NCBI RefSeq assembly: GCF_036971445.1
Contig: NC_091478.1
Location: 104,408,001-104,472,000 of the forward strand
DNA from: Narcine bancroftii
Lineage: Eukaryota
Length of the DNA stretch: 64,000 bases
Direction: 5' to 3'
This document shows positions 38,573-50,490 of the stretch, in pieces. Below the pieces are notes generated by a model. It saw nothing but the letters and a program-made list of their open reading frames with translations. It ran no database searches and was not told the DNA's origin. The position numbers and the translations under genes were made by a program. The number at the start of each line of letters is the position of its first letter. The first letter of the stretch is position 1.

Positions 38573-38884
38573 TCTTCCAAAGGTTCATGAGAAAATGCTT
38601 CTGGGCTGTCTGCTCAGACCAACAAGCAGAATGATTGTGTGTGAACACAGGTGCTTCTGAGCAAACATCTATTGTCTCTGGACTTTCAATAGCACAATCC
38701 AAAATTCTTACTGCTTTGAGTTAAGAGACACTTTGTCTCTGGAAGACCTTTCTTATCTGCTAACATGAATGTGTGATCTGTCTTTGTTTAAGCCTCCCTG
38801 TATCCAATCAACAAAGTCACTTTTACTAAAAATAATATAGTTATAACTTAAAGATTACTAATAACATAATTCTGCAACACAAGG

Positions 38885-39145
38885 ATCTTTGGATTGTTTT
38901 CTCCAACATCTCTGCTTCCCAATACTCTCTGGGACATTACTATTCATGTGGTGTGTCCTAAATTTATTAATACTTACAAAATACATTACCTCAAATCTCT
39001 CTGAATTAAACTCCATCCTGCTATTCTTCAGCTGCTTTTACTAATACATCTATATCACTCTGCAGTCCAAGACTATTCTGTCAAAAATTGTGCCATTCTT
39101 GGTACCAACTGAAAACTTATTGATCATGTCACCTACTTCCACATA
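38885..39145 (-). mobile_element. Degraded CR1 RT fragment
   Basis: aaaatacattacctcaaatctctctgaattaaactccatc is similar to 37880-37920. Confidence 0.6.
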
Positions 39146-40949
39146 TGTTACAATCTGCTCATGAGCATAGGAATGCATTCTCTCTTATTTCCTCCCTAAA
39201 TAGTCATCCAGAGTTCCACACTTCTCAAACTAGAGCATAATGATTCATTCATACCCATCACTGCCCAAAAGCAATGAACACTTAAAGCACATTTCACTTT
39301 GGAAAGGTGTGCATTGTGTGGATCTGGCAATCATAAAGTATGTGTCAATACCACTATTCCATAGCATTTCCATATGAGCTTAGTGTAATGTTACTTAACC
39401 TAAATAGCAATGATATCCTGACAATTGCAGAAATAACTAAAACCTCAATTTTGTGGACAGTGGTGAAGTAATAGCATTCACCACTGACCTCAAAAAAGTC
39501 GCCCACAAAGCTCTAGTATTCCTTGTGGCATGGATTTCACCTACTACTGTGACTGGTTGATGTCAGGCATTAGTTTGAAGGGATTGTTGACACCCAGTAA
39601 CATTGATGTTATAAAGCAGGCTGGACAAATATTCACATTGCAGAATTCTCAGAGACCACAAACTACGTAGTAAAAGCACAATTTTTGCACAGAATGAAAC
39701 ACGCATTAGATTGACGCAAGATTACTACTGAAGTTGAAATGTCATAAATTAACTTTCCTAAAAACAAAATAAGATTCCTTAGTCTAAATTAATTAATTTA
39801 ATTAAAATGATACAAGGGCAGCATCATTTTTCTAAAGAGAGGTCCGTTCAATGACAGTGGGGAAGAAACTCCTTGAATCTTGTGGTGCTTGTTTTCAAAC
39901 TCATGTATCTAATCTGGCTCATCGTCCAACTCCGCAGTGCTAACCCTCTTCAAAAGTGCACTTGTTGGTTATAAAAGCCCTGACCTCGTTAACATCAACG
40001 GTAATTGTAATGTTATTTGAATTGTATCAATTTTATCAAGGTATGAATCTAGACTGAAACTAATGAAATGGTCAAGCTGTGACTGAGATTACTTTCCAAC
40101 ATCTTGCAATTTCTTTAGTTGTCCCAAGCTTGATGGCTTCACTTCCAGAAACTTCAAAGAACCTTTTTAATTTCCTATGAAACATTTCTCCATTTAAAAT
40201 ATAAGCAACTAGTCAAGACAGTGAAGCATTTAACAACATAGGACCCATTTGATGTCCCCACAAATATTTAGTATTTAATCAAAGGAATAAACAAGACAGA
40301 ACTTTTAGAAGTCTATCACCATCCCAGAATACTCCTTAAAAAATGTGAACATTATTTATGACATACCAAGTTTATTGCATGTGGTGGAACAAAGTTTCAA
40401 TCCAAAAGTCCTGGGGATCCTCGGGTTAGCTCGTCAACATCATCCTGATACCAACATCCTCAACATAAGAAGATCACAGGCAGAATTCAACTCGCTTATG
40501 AAAAGGTGAGTATCAATGGCCTTTGGTAGCTGTTCCAATTACAAGCAGTGAAGAAGTCCGAACATTTTCATAAGCCATTGTCTAAAGCGCAGAGTACAGT
40601 TTCACAGAGAAGTTTAAAACAGAGCGAGGAGAGCATAATTTCTTTTTATAATGAGATAGCTTGATGAGGGTGGGGAAGAAACTGTCCGTGAGGGTGGTGG
40701 TGCATGTTCTGTCCTTCTCGTCATTGCAGGAAATGTGAACTAATTAAAACTGCCAGAATTCCAGGTTTCAAAATCTTTAATGCTTTTTAATTTGGGTATT
40801 AAGCAATTTCTATCCCTCAGGAGAGTTAGAAAAAGGATCAATCAAGGATTTCAGGAATGAATTGGATAGACATGAGAAAAAATTATTGAGGAGTCATGAA
40901 GAAGAGCAAATAGGATTGACCATTGTGATTATGCAATGTACCCAAAATT

Positions 40950-41530
40950 ATTTTATTTTTGTTTTTCCAAGACTCACACATATCCAAAACAACAGCACAA
41001 CCTTCTCAATCCTAACCCCTCCCATACCCTCAAACCACAAGGAAAAGATTATGTAAATTAAACAAACATAAAGAACCAAAAATCTATAAAGTCACAGACC
41101 TTAAAGGAACTAAATATAAACCTGGTGTAATATAAAGTAAAATGAAAAAGATATGAAGCAAGATCACGGCTTTCGCGCCACGACCCACTTCATTTCTCCA
41201 TCATCCCACTATTAGGGTGGAGTTTTACATTTCTTCTATTTGGAAGTGTATATCTGCAGATAAGGCTTCCCCACTCGCAACAGATGTGTTATATTTCCTT
41301 CTTAAATTGTACCTGATTTTCTCCAGGGGAATACAACTCTGCATTTCTGTATTCCATTGTGTAATATTCAGATGGGAGTTGGACTTCCACGTGATTGCTA
41401 TACATTTCCTGGCTACCACCAAGGTGACCTTCACCAAATGAATTTGGTACTTGGACAGTTTAAAACCCATGTCCACACAATTCTGGATCCTGTGGAAAAT
41501 CCACCTTTGTAATTTTTTTCAGAATGTCTC
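40950..41530 (-). mobile_element. L1/Tx1-like LINE 3' end
   Basis: ORF 41225-41476 VARKCIAITWKSNSHLNITQWNTEMQSCIPLEKIRYNLR; adjacent KITKVDFPQDPEL. Confidence 0.85.
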
Positions 41531-42035
41531 CCTGATCTTCCCAGCAGGATCTCGCTGATGTGCGCAGCCAGGTTGAATGGTTAAAGGTTCCAATCTCCAC
41601 ACGACCTAGGGACCCAAAATTCTTACATGCTGCAGCCACACTGGTACGTAAGAGCACCAACAGCAATAGATAGGATTAATAGGGACTGGCATGGACTTGA
41701 TGGGCCGAATATTCTTCCTCTACATTTCCAACTCCTGTTGATTGAGATTCCCTTACACTTGGTTTTGTACTATTGCTGGGCATACATGGATGAACTTTCA
41801 ATCTGAAAACCAGGAGACTGATGGTCACATCCTGTCCAGCTGAAATTGATTGCCTGCCCGAATGTAAAAAATTTTGTTTCATTTTTAAACAAAGCTGACT
41901 AGGCAAATATAGGTTCGGCATTTTACTGCAGAATGCTTTACATGAAAGCCTGATGTGTTTCCTGAGTCAAGGGAGAAAATTAAAGCTGATCAAGAATTAA
42001 TTCAGAAGAAATGAGTTAATGAAACAAATTAAGTT

Positions 42036-42272
42036 GGGCAGCATGGTTAGTGTAACGGTGAGTTCCAGCGATTGGGATCTCGGTTCTAATCCAGTGCTGT
42101 CTTTAACAAGTTTCTCTGTTCTCCTCATGCCTGTGTGGGTTTCCTCTGCTCCGGAGGATCTGATTTCCTCCCACCTTTCAAAAACATACTGGGGATTGTA
42201 GGTCAATTGGGTGTAAAGCATGGGCTTGTGGGTCGGAAGGGCCTGCTACCGTGCTATGGGTCTAAATTTAAA
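42036..42272 (+). mobile_element. HE1/V-SINE-like SINE
   Basis: gggcagcatggttagtgtaacgg (A-box-like), ggttctaatcc (B-box-like), tail gggcctgctaccgtgctatg. Confidence 0.85.
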
Positions 42273-45200
42273 TTAAATTACCTTCCATTTTTCTCCATCA
42301 ACTTCTCTGCAACTTAATTACTAATCTGTTGTCTCTCACCATTCTGAAGAATGGACTTTGACACGATCCATTAGCTCTAATTCTTTTTCCACAGATGCTG
42401 CCTGATTTGCTGAATCTTTCCATTGTTTTTTGTTTTTTGTAAATTTTAGATTCTAGCATTGTCATTTTATTGTCAGTAGGGCAAACTTTTCCACCTGATC
42501 TCTCCTGTGTGTATGCTTGTACTAAGGTTGAATTAAGGCTACTTGCATGTACTGCACCAATCCCTGAGATGCTCTTCATCCATGACCCACCAAAGAGAGA
42601 AGGCATATTTAGAGTCTCATCCATCAAACTGACTTGCACCAGTATCAGAGCAACTCAGATAATGTGCATTGGTGATCACCCCAGGATATGAACCCTTGAT
42701 CTTCGATGCAGATGTGCGACTGATTCCAACAGAGCAACAATTTGCAGCCAAATGCAATATCCATGGTGGAGCTGTGGAGAGCAGGAAGGTTGAAGATTTC
42801 CTGGGCCCTGATATAGAAATTACTGAAAAGGTTATAGTCATTTTCCCTGTAAAATATGTCACCGATTAGACCTTCAAAATTAGGATAAAGAAGATGTTTC
42901 CATATTCAGTGTTTCTGAAACTGCAGGACATAAATGTAAATCATTTATTGCAAGTATAACATGAAAGGAGATGGAAAGCTTAAAACAGTTAACAAAGATC
43001 CTTTGGGGAATTTAAACGTATTTATGCTGAAATATGGGATTGTCTGAGAAAATCTGTGGAAAAGATACATAGTGTACATGGCAAGGATCTCATGCAGTAT
43101 AACCCTGTTGTGAAAAGCTCTTCATAATGCACTATTTTCATTGCACTGATCTGTGCAGCTACCCGTAAACTAATGAAAATGTATTCCAAAGTGCCATTGA
43201 TTACCAGTGCAAAACCTCATGGACTTTTCGGCAAAGAGAGGTTACAGGGCAGAAAAGCTCTCGTAGTCAAGGTGACATGGAGATGAATCATCAATTTAAT
43301 TGGGCTCATTACCTAAGCACGCATTACATGTAAGTGCCCTGGATTGGGTCATGCTTGAGATCAGAATTGACCGTAGCTGACATGTTCTTTTGTGTAAAAG
43401 CTGGGTACTATTTCTGATATAAAATACCTTCAAAAGATAAGTAGCATTTGCATTGACCAAACACTGCAATTAGGGCAGTAAGTCATGAATATTTGTGTTG
43501 AACTATGTCTAAGATTGCTGTACCGATTATACCACGATAGAATGTTGCAATTGCTTCACTATTTGGGCCCACCATTCATTAAAGGTGAATTTTGAACTGA
43601 GATGCAGACTGAGGTTCTGAAGTTTCATCAAAAGGAAGATTAAAATGAAAGGACAGTCGTTTTAAAGCAACCTTGTCTTCTTACCTCCCCCGACTGTTTT
43701 CCGCATGAATGGCTTCCTGAACAAATGTATAATTTCAGTATGGATGACATTCAGAAGCAACCATCCTTTCCAGTGACCACTGACACAGCAGGCATTGACA
43801 GAGGTCTGGAAAAAATCTCCACATTATGTATCCACCAAGGCTATAGTTCATGACCCAGGGAGATCCCACAGATAAGAGGGAAGAAAGAAAGAAAACAGCT
43901 ATTTTGTATTTCCAAAATTATGCCATGACCATTAAAAGTGGTTTTGAAACCTTTACAGCATATTTCATACTGTTGTCAAGAATAAGAAAGAAGCAGAATA
44001 ATAGAGGGCCTTTAATATATTTGGGACGTCCGTACATGTTTTACAATTAATGGAGTACAGAAGTGTTGTCACCATCGTGGAGCAGGAAACAAAACAGACA
44101 ATTTACTGGCAGAAAGCTCCCATTAACAGTCATTGGATAATGACTACATCACCTACTTTACTAATGTTGAGTGAAGGATAGCTGTTGGTCAGGGCAACTT
44201 CCCTGCTCCATCTAAACCTAGTAGTATGGACTATTTTAAACCCTCTGAGTACAGTTTAATATCTCATTGGAATAGTAAGCCAACCACAGTGCTGCGCTCT
44301 TTCTGTATTTTACTGATGCGTAAGTCTACATTTTGGTCTCTGAACTTTCCAAGAAGTTAGTCACGCTTTGTTTATTCAGAAGGGAGTTCACTAAGCCTCA
44401 GCAGACATGATGCCACCATCATAAATAATGCTGAAGGCGCACAGGAAATTACAGATACTGGAATCTGGAGCTCTAAACCATCTGAGGGAGGAACGCAGTG
44501 GGTCGACGAGCATCACTGCAAGAAAAAGAATGGTCGGTGTTTCAGGAGGGGCTTCCAAAATGAAACATTGACCATTCTTTTCTCCCATAAATAGTATTGA
44601 GTTCTTTTCCCTCCTGAAGTAGAAAAGGTTTGGTAAATTCTATTGCATTAAGATGGCAATTCCTTCAGCACATCAAATAATACAAAAAAAAGGCACAAGC
44701 TGATAAAATGGGAAAACTGAATGCATTTTTGTAAAATGACTATATTTGGATATCACTTCTGATCACAAAAATGTCAGTGGGGTTATTAGCAATAAATGGA
44801 TAAAGTAAATAAGGAAAACGTTGCAGCTGGATTGTGACTCACTCTGGTGATACTTACGAATTCTACGGGATGTGCTGTGTCACTGTGCCCACAATTTCAC
44901 GTCAGTGGTCAACTTAATATTTAGTGGTTCAGTCGTACAAGCTTTTATAACTTCCTGCCGAAATACAACATTTAAACAACAATCTAGTCACCACCTGCTC
45001 CATTTCATTTATCTTGCTGGAAAGAGTTTAGTCAAAAGCAGAAGCCACAAAAGACATGACATGTTTCCCAGTTTAATAATGAAACAAATATACTCGTGGT
45101 CTATTTACTGTTATCTATGTATATGATTTGAGCTGGGTCCAAAGAAAGAAAGTTGTTACATTTTGGAAAAATGCTGGGAATGACAGAGATGGTTGTTTAG

Positions 45201-45664
45201 AAGTTTGTCTTCAGCCATTTATGCTGAGTGTTTCAAATTGTATGCTTTGTGAAACTTGGTGCTCTTGAAGTAATTAATATTGTAGATGTGCGACCATGAT
45301 GTATATTTAATACATTCAACAGAGGATAGCTTTCAGTAGCACCTGGCACTGTATTGTTTGTTGAATCACTTTATTGAGTTGACCATGTGTTGACAACATT
45401 TAATTTTAACAATTTCCCATTATCCCATGGATAAATGCACTCTGAAAAATAATATTTAATGAAACTAAATGTTCTTTTAAAAAAAATTCAGAGCCCACTA
45501 ATTTATCCTTGGCATTAACACTTCTCAATCAATATAGTTGTATATATATTGGCTGGTGAAAGAATGTAAAACCAGGGGCATAATCTCATTACGAAGAGAC
45601 GAGTTGTACTACTCCAGTTGTAAGATTTGTGGAGACTGAACTTAATGGTCAGTTTGTTCTAAAA

Positions 45665-46095
45665 ACACGATGCTGGAGAAATTCAGCAGGTCGAAATGTG
45701 TGCTTTACATAGCAAAGATAAAGTTAATAACTAACATTTCGGGCTTGAGTTTTTCATCAACGTAGGCAGGTGCCTGAACAAAATAGTGGATGGGGAGGAG
45801 CAGGGGAGGAGCACAGTCCCACAGGCAGGAGGCAATAGGAGGATAAGGGAGGGAGGAACACCAGTGAATAGGGGGAGGAAGAATGGCTCTCTGATGAAGA
45901 GGGAAGGGGAGCTGGAGGAAAGAAGACAGAGGGATGGGGAAGAGAGGGAGAATGGAGAGTGGGCTAGCAGAAACCGGAGAAGTCAATGTTAATGCCATCC
46001 AGTTGGAGGGTTGGAATATTAGATGTTCCTCCTCCAACTTATGATGGCCTTGGTGGGACAGTACATGAGGCCATGGACGGACATGTCAGAATGCT
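45665..46095 (-). mobile_element. Penelope-like element 3' part (GIY-YIG C-terminus and tail)
   Basis: LEEEHLIF..(QP.GINIDFS-like); decayed hammerhead-like core at 45737-45760. Confidence 0.82.
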
Positions 46096-46556
46096 AGGTC
46101 ACAGCGCCAGCCACTTGGGTTCGAATCTGGCACAGTCTGTTTTTACCGTTAGGTCAGAAAGAAAGAGGTTTTGTTGAATGTGGAGAAACACAGAATTTGA
46201 CCTCCAATACCATGTTTCTACTTCAATCACAGCGTCAACAGACTTTTGAGTTTTACTCTGGTCAGGTTGTTCTTCTTGACTTACATTTTGTATTTAGCCT
46301 TTCAGCTTTATCCAGGCTGTAGCTGTCACAACCAGCACAGCATTTGCATTGGGTCTCATGCTACTGGAAAACTAAATACAAGTAAATAGTTCACTTTATA
46401 TAATCTTAATTCATTAATACATTTTTGCTTAAATGTTGTTCAAAGTGATAATGAGTTGCACTGAAATTTGCACTTGCTCCAGCCAAACAGGTACTTCTAA
46501 AGTAAAATTATAACAGTGAACTAATTGTACTAAATGACAAGAGACAAGCAGATAGG

Positions 46557-46772
46557 TGGGGAGCACAGTTAGCGTTAGCAGTTACAGCGCCAGCCACTTG
46601 GGTTCGAATCTGGCACAGTCTGTTTGTACTTTCTCCCCTTATCTGTGTGGGTTTTCCTTCGCTGCTCCAGTTTCTTCCCACCCTCCCAAAGCAGACAGGG
46701 TTGTAGGCTAATTGAGTGTGATTGGTTGCTCAGGTTCATGGGCTGGAAGGGTCTGTTACTGTGGTGTATGTC
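46557..46772 (+). mobile_element. HE1/V-SINE-like SINE
   Basis: A-box-like start, GGTTCGAATC, central and tail motifs as in the other copies. Confidence 0.85.
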
Positions 46773-46789
46773 TGGAAAAAAATGATAAT

Positions 46790-47165
46790 AAATACTCACA
46801 GTAATCCTAGTGCAAAAAAAAGGAATTGCATTAGTGCAGATAGACCCTTTGTTATTTTGGAGCAGTCGATGTTGGAAAGTGACTGTTTTTGAACCAGGAG
46901 GTGCTGGTTTGCAGGCTTCTGTACCTTCTGCCTGAAGGTAGTAGTAAGGAGAGGTTGTGACCAGGGTGATGGGGTCCTTTATGATGTTGGCTGCTTTCCT
47001 GAGGCCAGAGCCTCGTATGGATGCCTGCAATGGATGAGAAGTTAGAGCTCACATTGGACCTGGCTATGATTGCTGCTTTTTGTATTCCTGGCCACATGAA
47101 TTTCCCAACCTGGTTTTGATACAACCAGCTGGTAGCCGGTACTTTCTACAGTAGAAGTTTGATAA
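46790..47165 (-). mobile_element. Rex1/Babar 3' fragment
   Basis: LRKAANIIKDP and HHPGHNLSLLLPSGRRYRSLQTSTSWFKNSHFP in two frames. Confidence 0.85.
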
Positions 47166-47182
47166 TGAGGCAACACAAGTCA

Positions 47183-47380
47183 CGTTGGTGCCAGGGATCT
47201 GGGTTACAATCTGCCCAGTCTGTAAGGGGTTGGTACGTACTTCCCGTGTCTCTAGGGGTTTCCTCTGGGTCTTTCGGTTTCCTCCTGTCCTCCAAATGTA
47301 TGGGGTTGTAAGTTAATTTTGATGTAATTTGGCAGCACAAGTTTAAATGGCAGGAATTAGCTTCTACCATGCTGTAAATA
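47183..47380 (+). mobile_element. HE1/V-SINE-like SINE
   Basis: gggatctgggttacaatc..tctgtaagg..ggtttcctcc..ttgtaagttaatt. Confidence 0.75.
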
Positions 47381-48109
47381 AAACTTTAAAATTTTAATTT
47401 AAAAATTTGACATGATAAGATGAAGATATTTTATATTAGTAAGAAAGCTGTTTTAGCAGAACAAGGCTGCATTTATGTGAAAACCAATGAACTGCAGATG
47501 CTAGAAATCTGAAATAAAACCAGAAAGCTCAAATAAAAAGAGATAAAAGGTTAACATCTCATGATGAAGATCCTCAGCGAACATGCAGACTTTGAAATCA
47601 CAGCAGAATAATGGGGTGCAAACAAGAGTAAACTAAAATGTATTCGTCACATAATTTGGATATCGTTGACTATACTGGTATCCCTAAAAGATTGATGGGA
47701 TTGGTGGACATAAATAGATAAAGAGGGCATGTTTTTTCCTTTAAGGAAGTAATGAACAAAATATTTACATACAGCAACAAGGTTGTTTCATGTTTACATG
47801 ATTTTTAGTCCAAGGTTATTTAATTGATTTTATTATCTCCAACAGTAATTGCAACCTGTTTTCAGAACGAGGAAGGCAAGAAGTATTTGGGAAAACAAAA
47901 CCTTGTCCATGTAAATGGCCTTTCCAAAATCCACTGTGAGCACAAGAGAATAGGAGGTTAATAAAAAGTGTGTAAAAGACAAAACTGGAAACGTGGAAGA
48001 TATGGGATATAAACAGGGGCTGCAAATGAGGAGCAAGCCAATTTGAGACAAACAGCCAACCTTGAAAGGAGTGAATGTTCTTCAGAAACAGAGCATTGTT
48101 TTTCATTGT

Positions 48110-48640
48110 ATGAAATCTTCAATTCTTTATTGTCACATGCATTGAGATACTTAGATATATGTTCACTTGACAAAAAAGCACACTCAAGTTTTTTTTGACA
48201 TTCTATCCAGGCAGGTCCACGCATACTTAAGTAGAGAGGGTGGGTGCAATAATAAATAAAAGTGCAGTGAAGTATTGCAAAGACCAAGTGCAGCGCACAG
48301 AGAAAAGTACAGTTAAAACAGTGTAAGGCCATCATCTTTACTCATGAAAGGTCTATTTAAGAGTCTAATGACAGCAGGAAAGAAATGGTCCTTGAATCTG
48401 GAGGTTTGTCTTTTCATGGCCATGTACCCTTTGCCAGACAGGAGTGGGCGGGGGGGGGGGGGTGAATGAAGAGGGTGAGTCAGTGCAACATGGTACAGTA
48501 ACTGCTTTGCCAAGACCTTGAGAAACCACAGAGAACTGTGAATGCAGCAACAGGCCAAGATACCAACAGACCTTCCCTCTATTGAGTCTATCTAAACTCC
48601 TGCTAGCTCATAGTTAAGGACCCATCCCCACTCTATTGAT
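48110..48640 (-). mobile_element. Rex1/Babar fragments (minus 48110-48500; short plus-strand piece ~48530-48630)
   Basis: LLSGKGY..MKRQTSRFKDHFFPAVIRLLN. Confidence 0.75.
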
Positions 48641-49357
48641 AACGGAAGTTTGGCCATTCTGTGTCCTCATCACAAGATTTGATTTTGCAAATGGCACTTA
48701 GTTCATTTTACATGAACATGTAGGTTTATCAGGCCATGACAGATTTAATGAGGTAGCAATTTGCTTGAGGCATGACAGCTGATAGATTATTCTTTGAATG
48801 CTCCTTTATTTTCATGTACATAAATACACAAAAGTGCGATTAATCCAGCAGTTTTACCAAGAAGAGAAAGAGAAGCAAAAGAGGGTCCTTTCTGAGACAT
48901 CAAATGACCACCTTCTCCAATGCATGACAAAAATCTTCAAAATCGTGTGTCAACTTTCTCCTATTCTCTTAAGCTTTTGAATGACTTTCCGTACATCTGG
49001 CCTGGAGAGTGAAGTGGTGAATCTTGCCTTTGATATTCTCTGGGCGACATTCATCTAATTTTCTTGAATTTTTTCTGGAATGAGTTCAAGTATATACTGG
49101 AATTCTTAGAAAGACCCCAGCCGGTACTGGGAAATTAAAGCAATCCCATCATACTCTGGCACCAGGTACCAAGAAATAAATTCAAGCATGTTTATTGTAT
49201 AGATTAATCCAAACGTTAGCATCTGGAACTTTGAAGTTCTCATCACATTGACAGTCACTTTATAATTACAGATACTTCTGGGCACTTGCAACTCTCAAAA
49301 GATCAAAACTGAGATGGCTGGACTTTCTGTGTGGGTTTCTTCTGGGTGCTTCGGCTT

Positions 49358-49752
49358 CATAGAAACATAGAAGATAGGAGCAGGAATAGGTCATTCGACC
49401 CTTCGAGCCCACTCCGCCATTCAACGAGATCATGGCTGATCTTAAAGTTCAGTACCCCGTCCCCGCTTTCTCTCCGTAACCTTTAATACCCTTATACTGA
49501 AGAAATAGATCTAATTCCCTCTTAAATAGATTGAATGAACCTGCCTCTACTGCCCTCTGTGGCAATGAATTCCACAGATTCACCACCCTCTCGGTATAGA
49601 AATTCCTCCTCATCTCGGTCCTAAATGGTTTGCCTATTATCCTCAAACCATGGCCCCGGGTTCTGGATTTTCCCAACATTGGAAACATCCCATCTGCATC
49701 CATTCTGTCCAGTCCTGCCAGAATTTTATAGGTCTCTATGAGATCCCCTCCC
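49358..49752 (-). mobile_element. Young CR1 3' end inserted in a SINE
   Basis: Uninterrupted ORF 49449-49754 GDLIETYKILAGLDR..RRNFYTERVVNLWNSLPQRAVEA; CpG-rich; CATAGAAACATAGAA tail; SINE halves on both sides. Confidence 0.93.
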
Positions 49753-49964
49753 ACATTTTAAAGATATTCAGAGTTCATAGATATTTGGGTGGCAAGGGCC
49801 TGTTACTGCACTGTATCTTTTTAAAATTATATTTACTACATTGTAGAAGCTGTTTCCAGCCATTGAAATCCATACTGCCCAATTGCACCCCAATTAATCG
49901 ACAACCTTGTACCTTTTGGAGGGTGGGAGAAAATGAGCTCATGGGGAAAAGTGACGCCCATTTA

Positions 49965-50200
49965 AAATAGAGATGTGGAGGAATTTGATTAGCCAAGTCA
50001 TCTTTCTCAGATTTAGCTTTATTTGCCATAAAATAAATTATTTGACCTCTAACGAAGGTTTTAATAGCATCCCAGACTACCTCTGGAGCAGAATTTTTAC
50101 TGAACAAAAAAGGGATTTGATCTTTCATAAATTTCAAAAAATCAGGGTCTCATATTAATGCAAATGTTAAATCACCACTCCTTGGTTACTTTGGGCAAGT
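49965..50200 (-). mobile_element. L1/Tx1 ORF2 internal fragment
   Basis: PEVVWDAIKTFVRGQII (WDA.K..RG.II motif after the L1 endonuclease). Confidence 0.75.
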
Positions 50201-50309
50201 CTGATACATTAATAGATAAGTTCACAGGAGCATGATCAGAAATTACTACAGGAATCAACTTAAGAGATCAATTGTGGCTCTATAAGAAAGTAATCAGCTG
50301 TGGAAACCA

Positions 50310-50490
50310 AGTCGATGGGTGTATTTAAGGCAGAGATTGATAGATATCTGTATAGACAAGGTGTCAAAGGTTATGGGGAGAAGGCAGGGGAGCAGGCCTG
50401 AGTGAGAGAATGGATTAGCTCATGACGAAATGGCAGAATGGACTTCATGGGCTGAATGGCCTTCTATATCTTATGGTATTATGGTCTAAA
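50310..50490 (+). mobile_element. CR1 3' end
   Basis: gtatttaaggcagagattgatagat..gtcaaaggttatggggagaaggcagg..gatgggctgaatggcct-like tail. Confidence 0.85.

Larger units (their letters stand above)
36288..38879 (-). mobile_element. Solo LTR related to 27494-28530, interrupted by a CR1 and carrying (TG)36
   Basis: TGTTA...CAACA termini; perfect TSD CAAG (36284-36287/38880-38883); start tgttatg..gcagca..a.tt/ccaccaag.caat.gg shared with 27494. Confidence 0.88.

Noticed and set aside
42298-42869. Cluster of overlapping ORFs on both strands suggesting an exon
   Set aside because: No recognisable domain and no consistent splice pair; parts resemble decayed SINE/PLE tail sequence.
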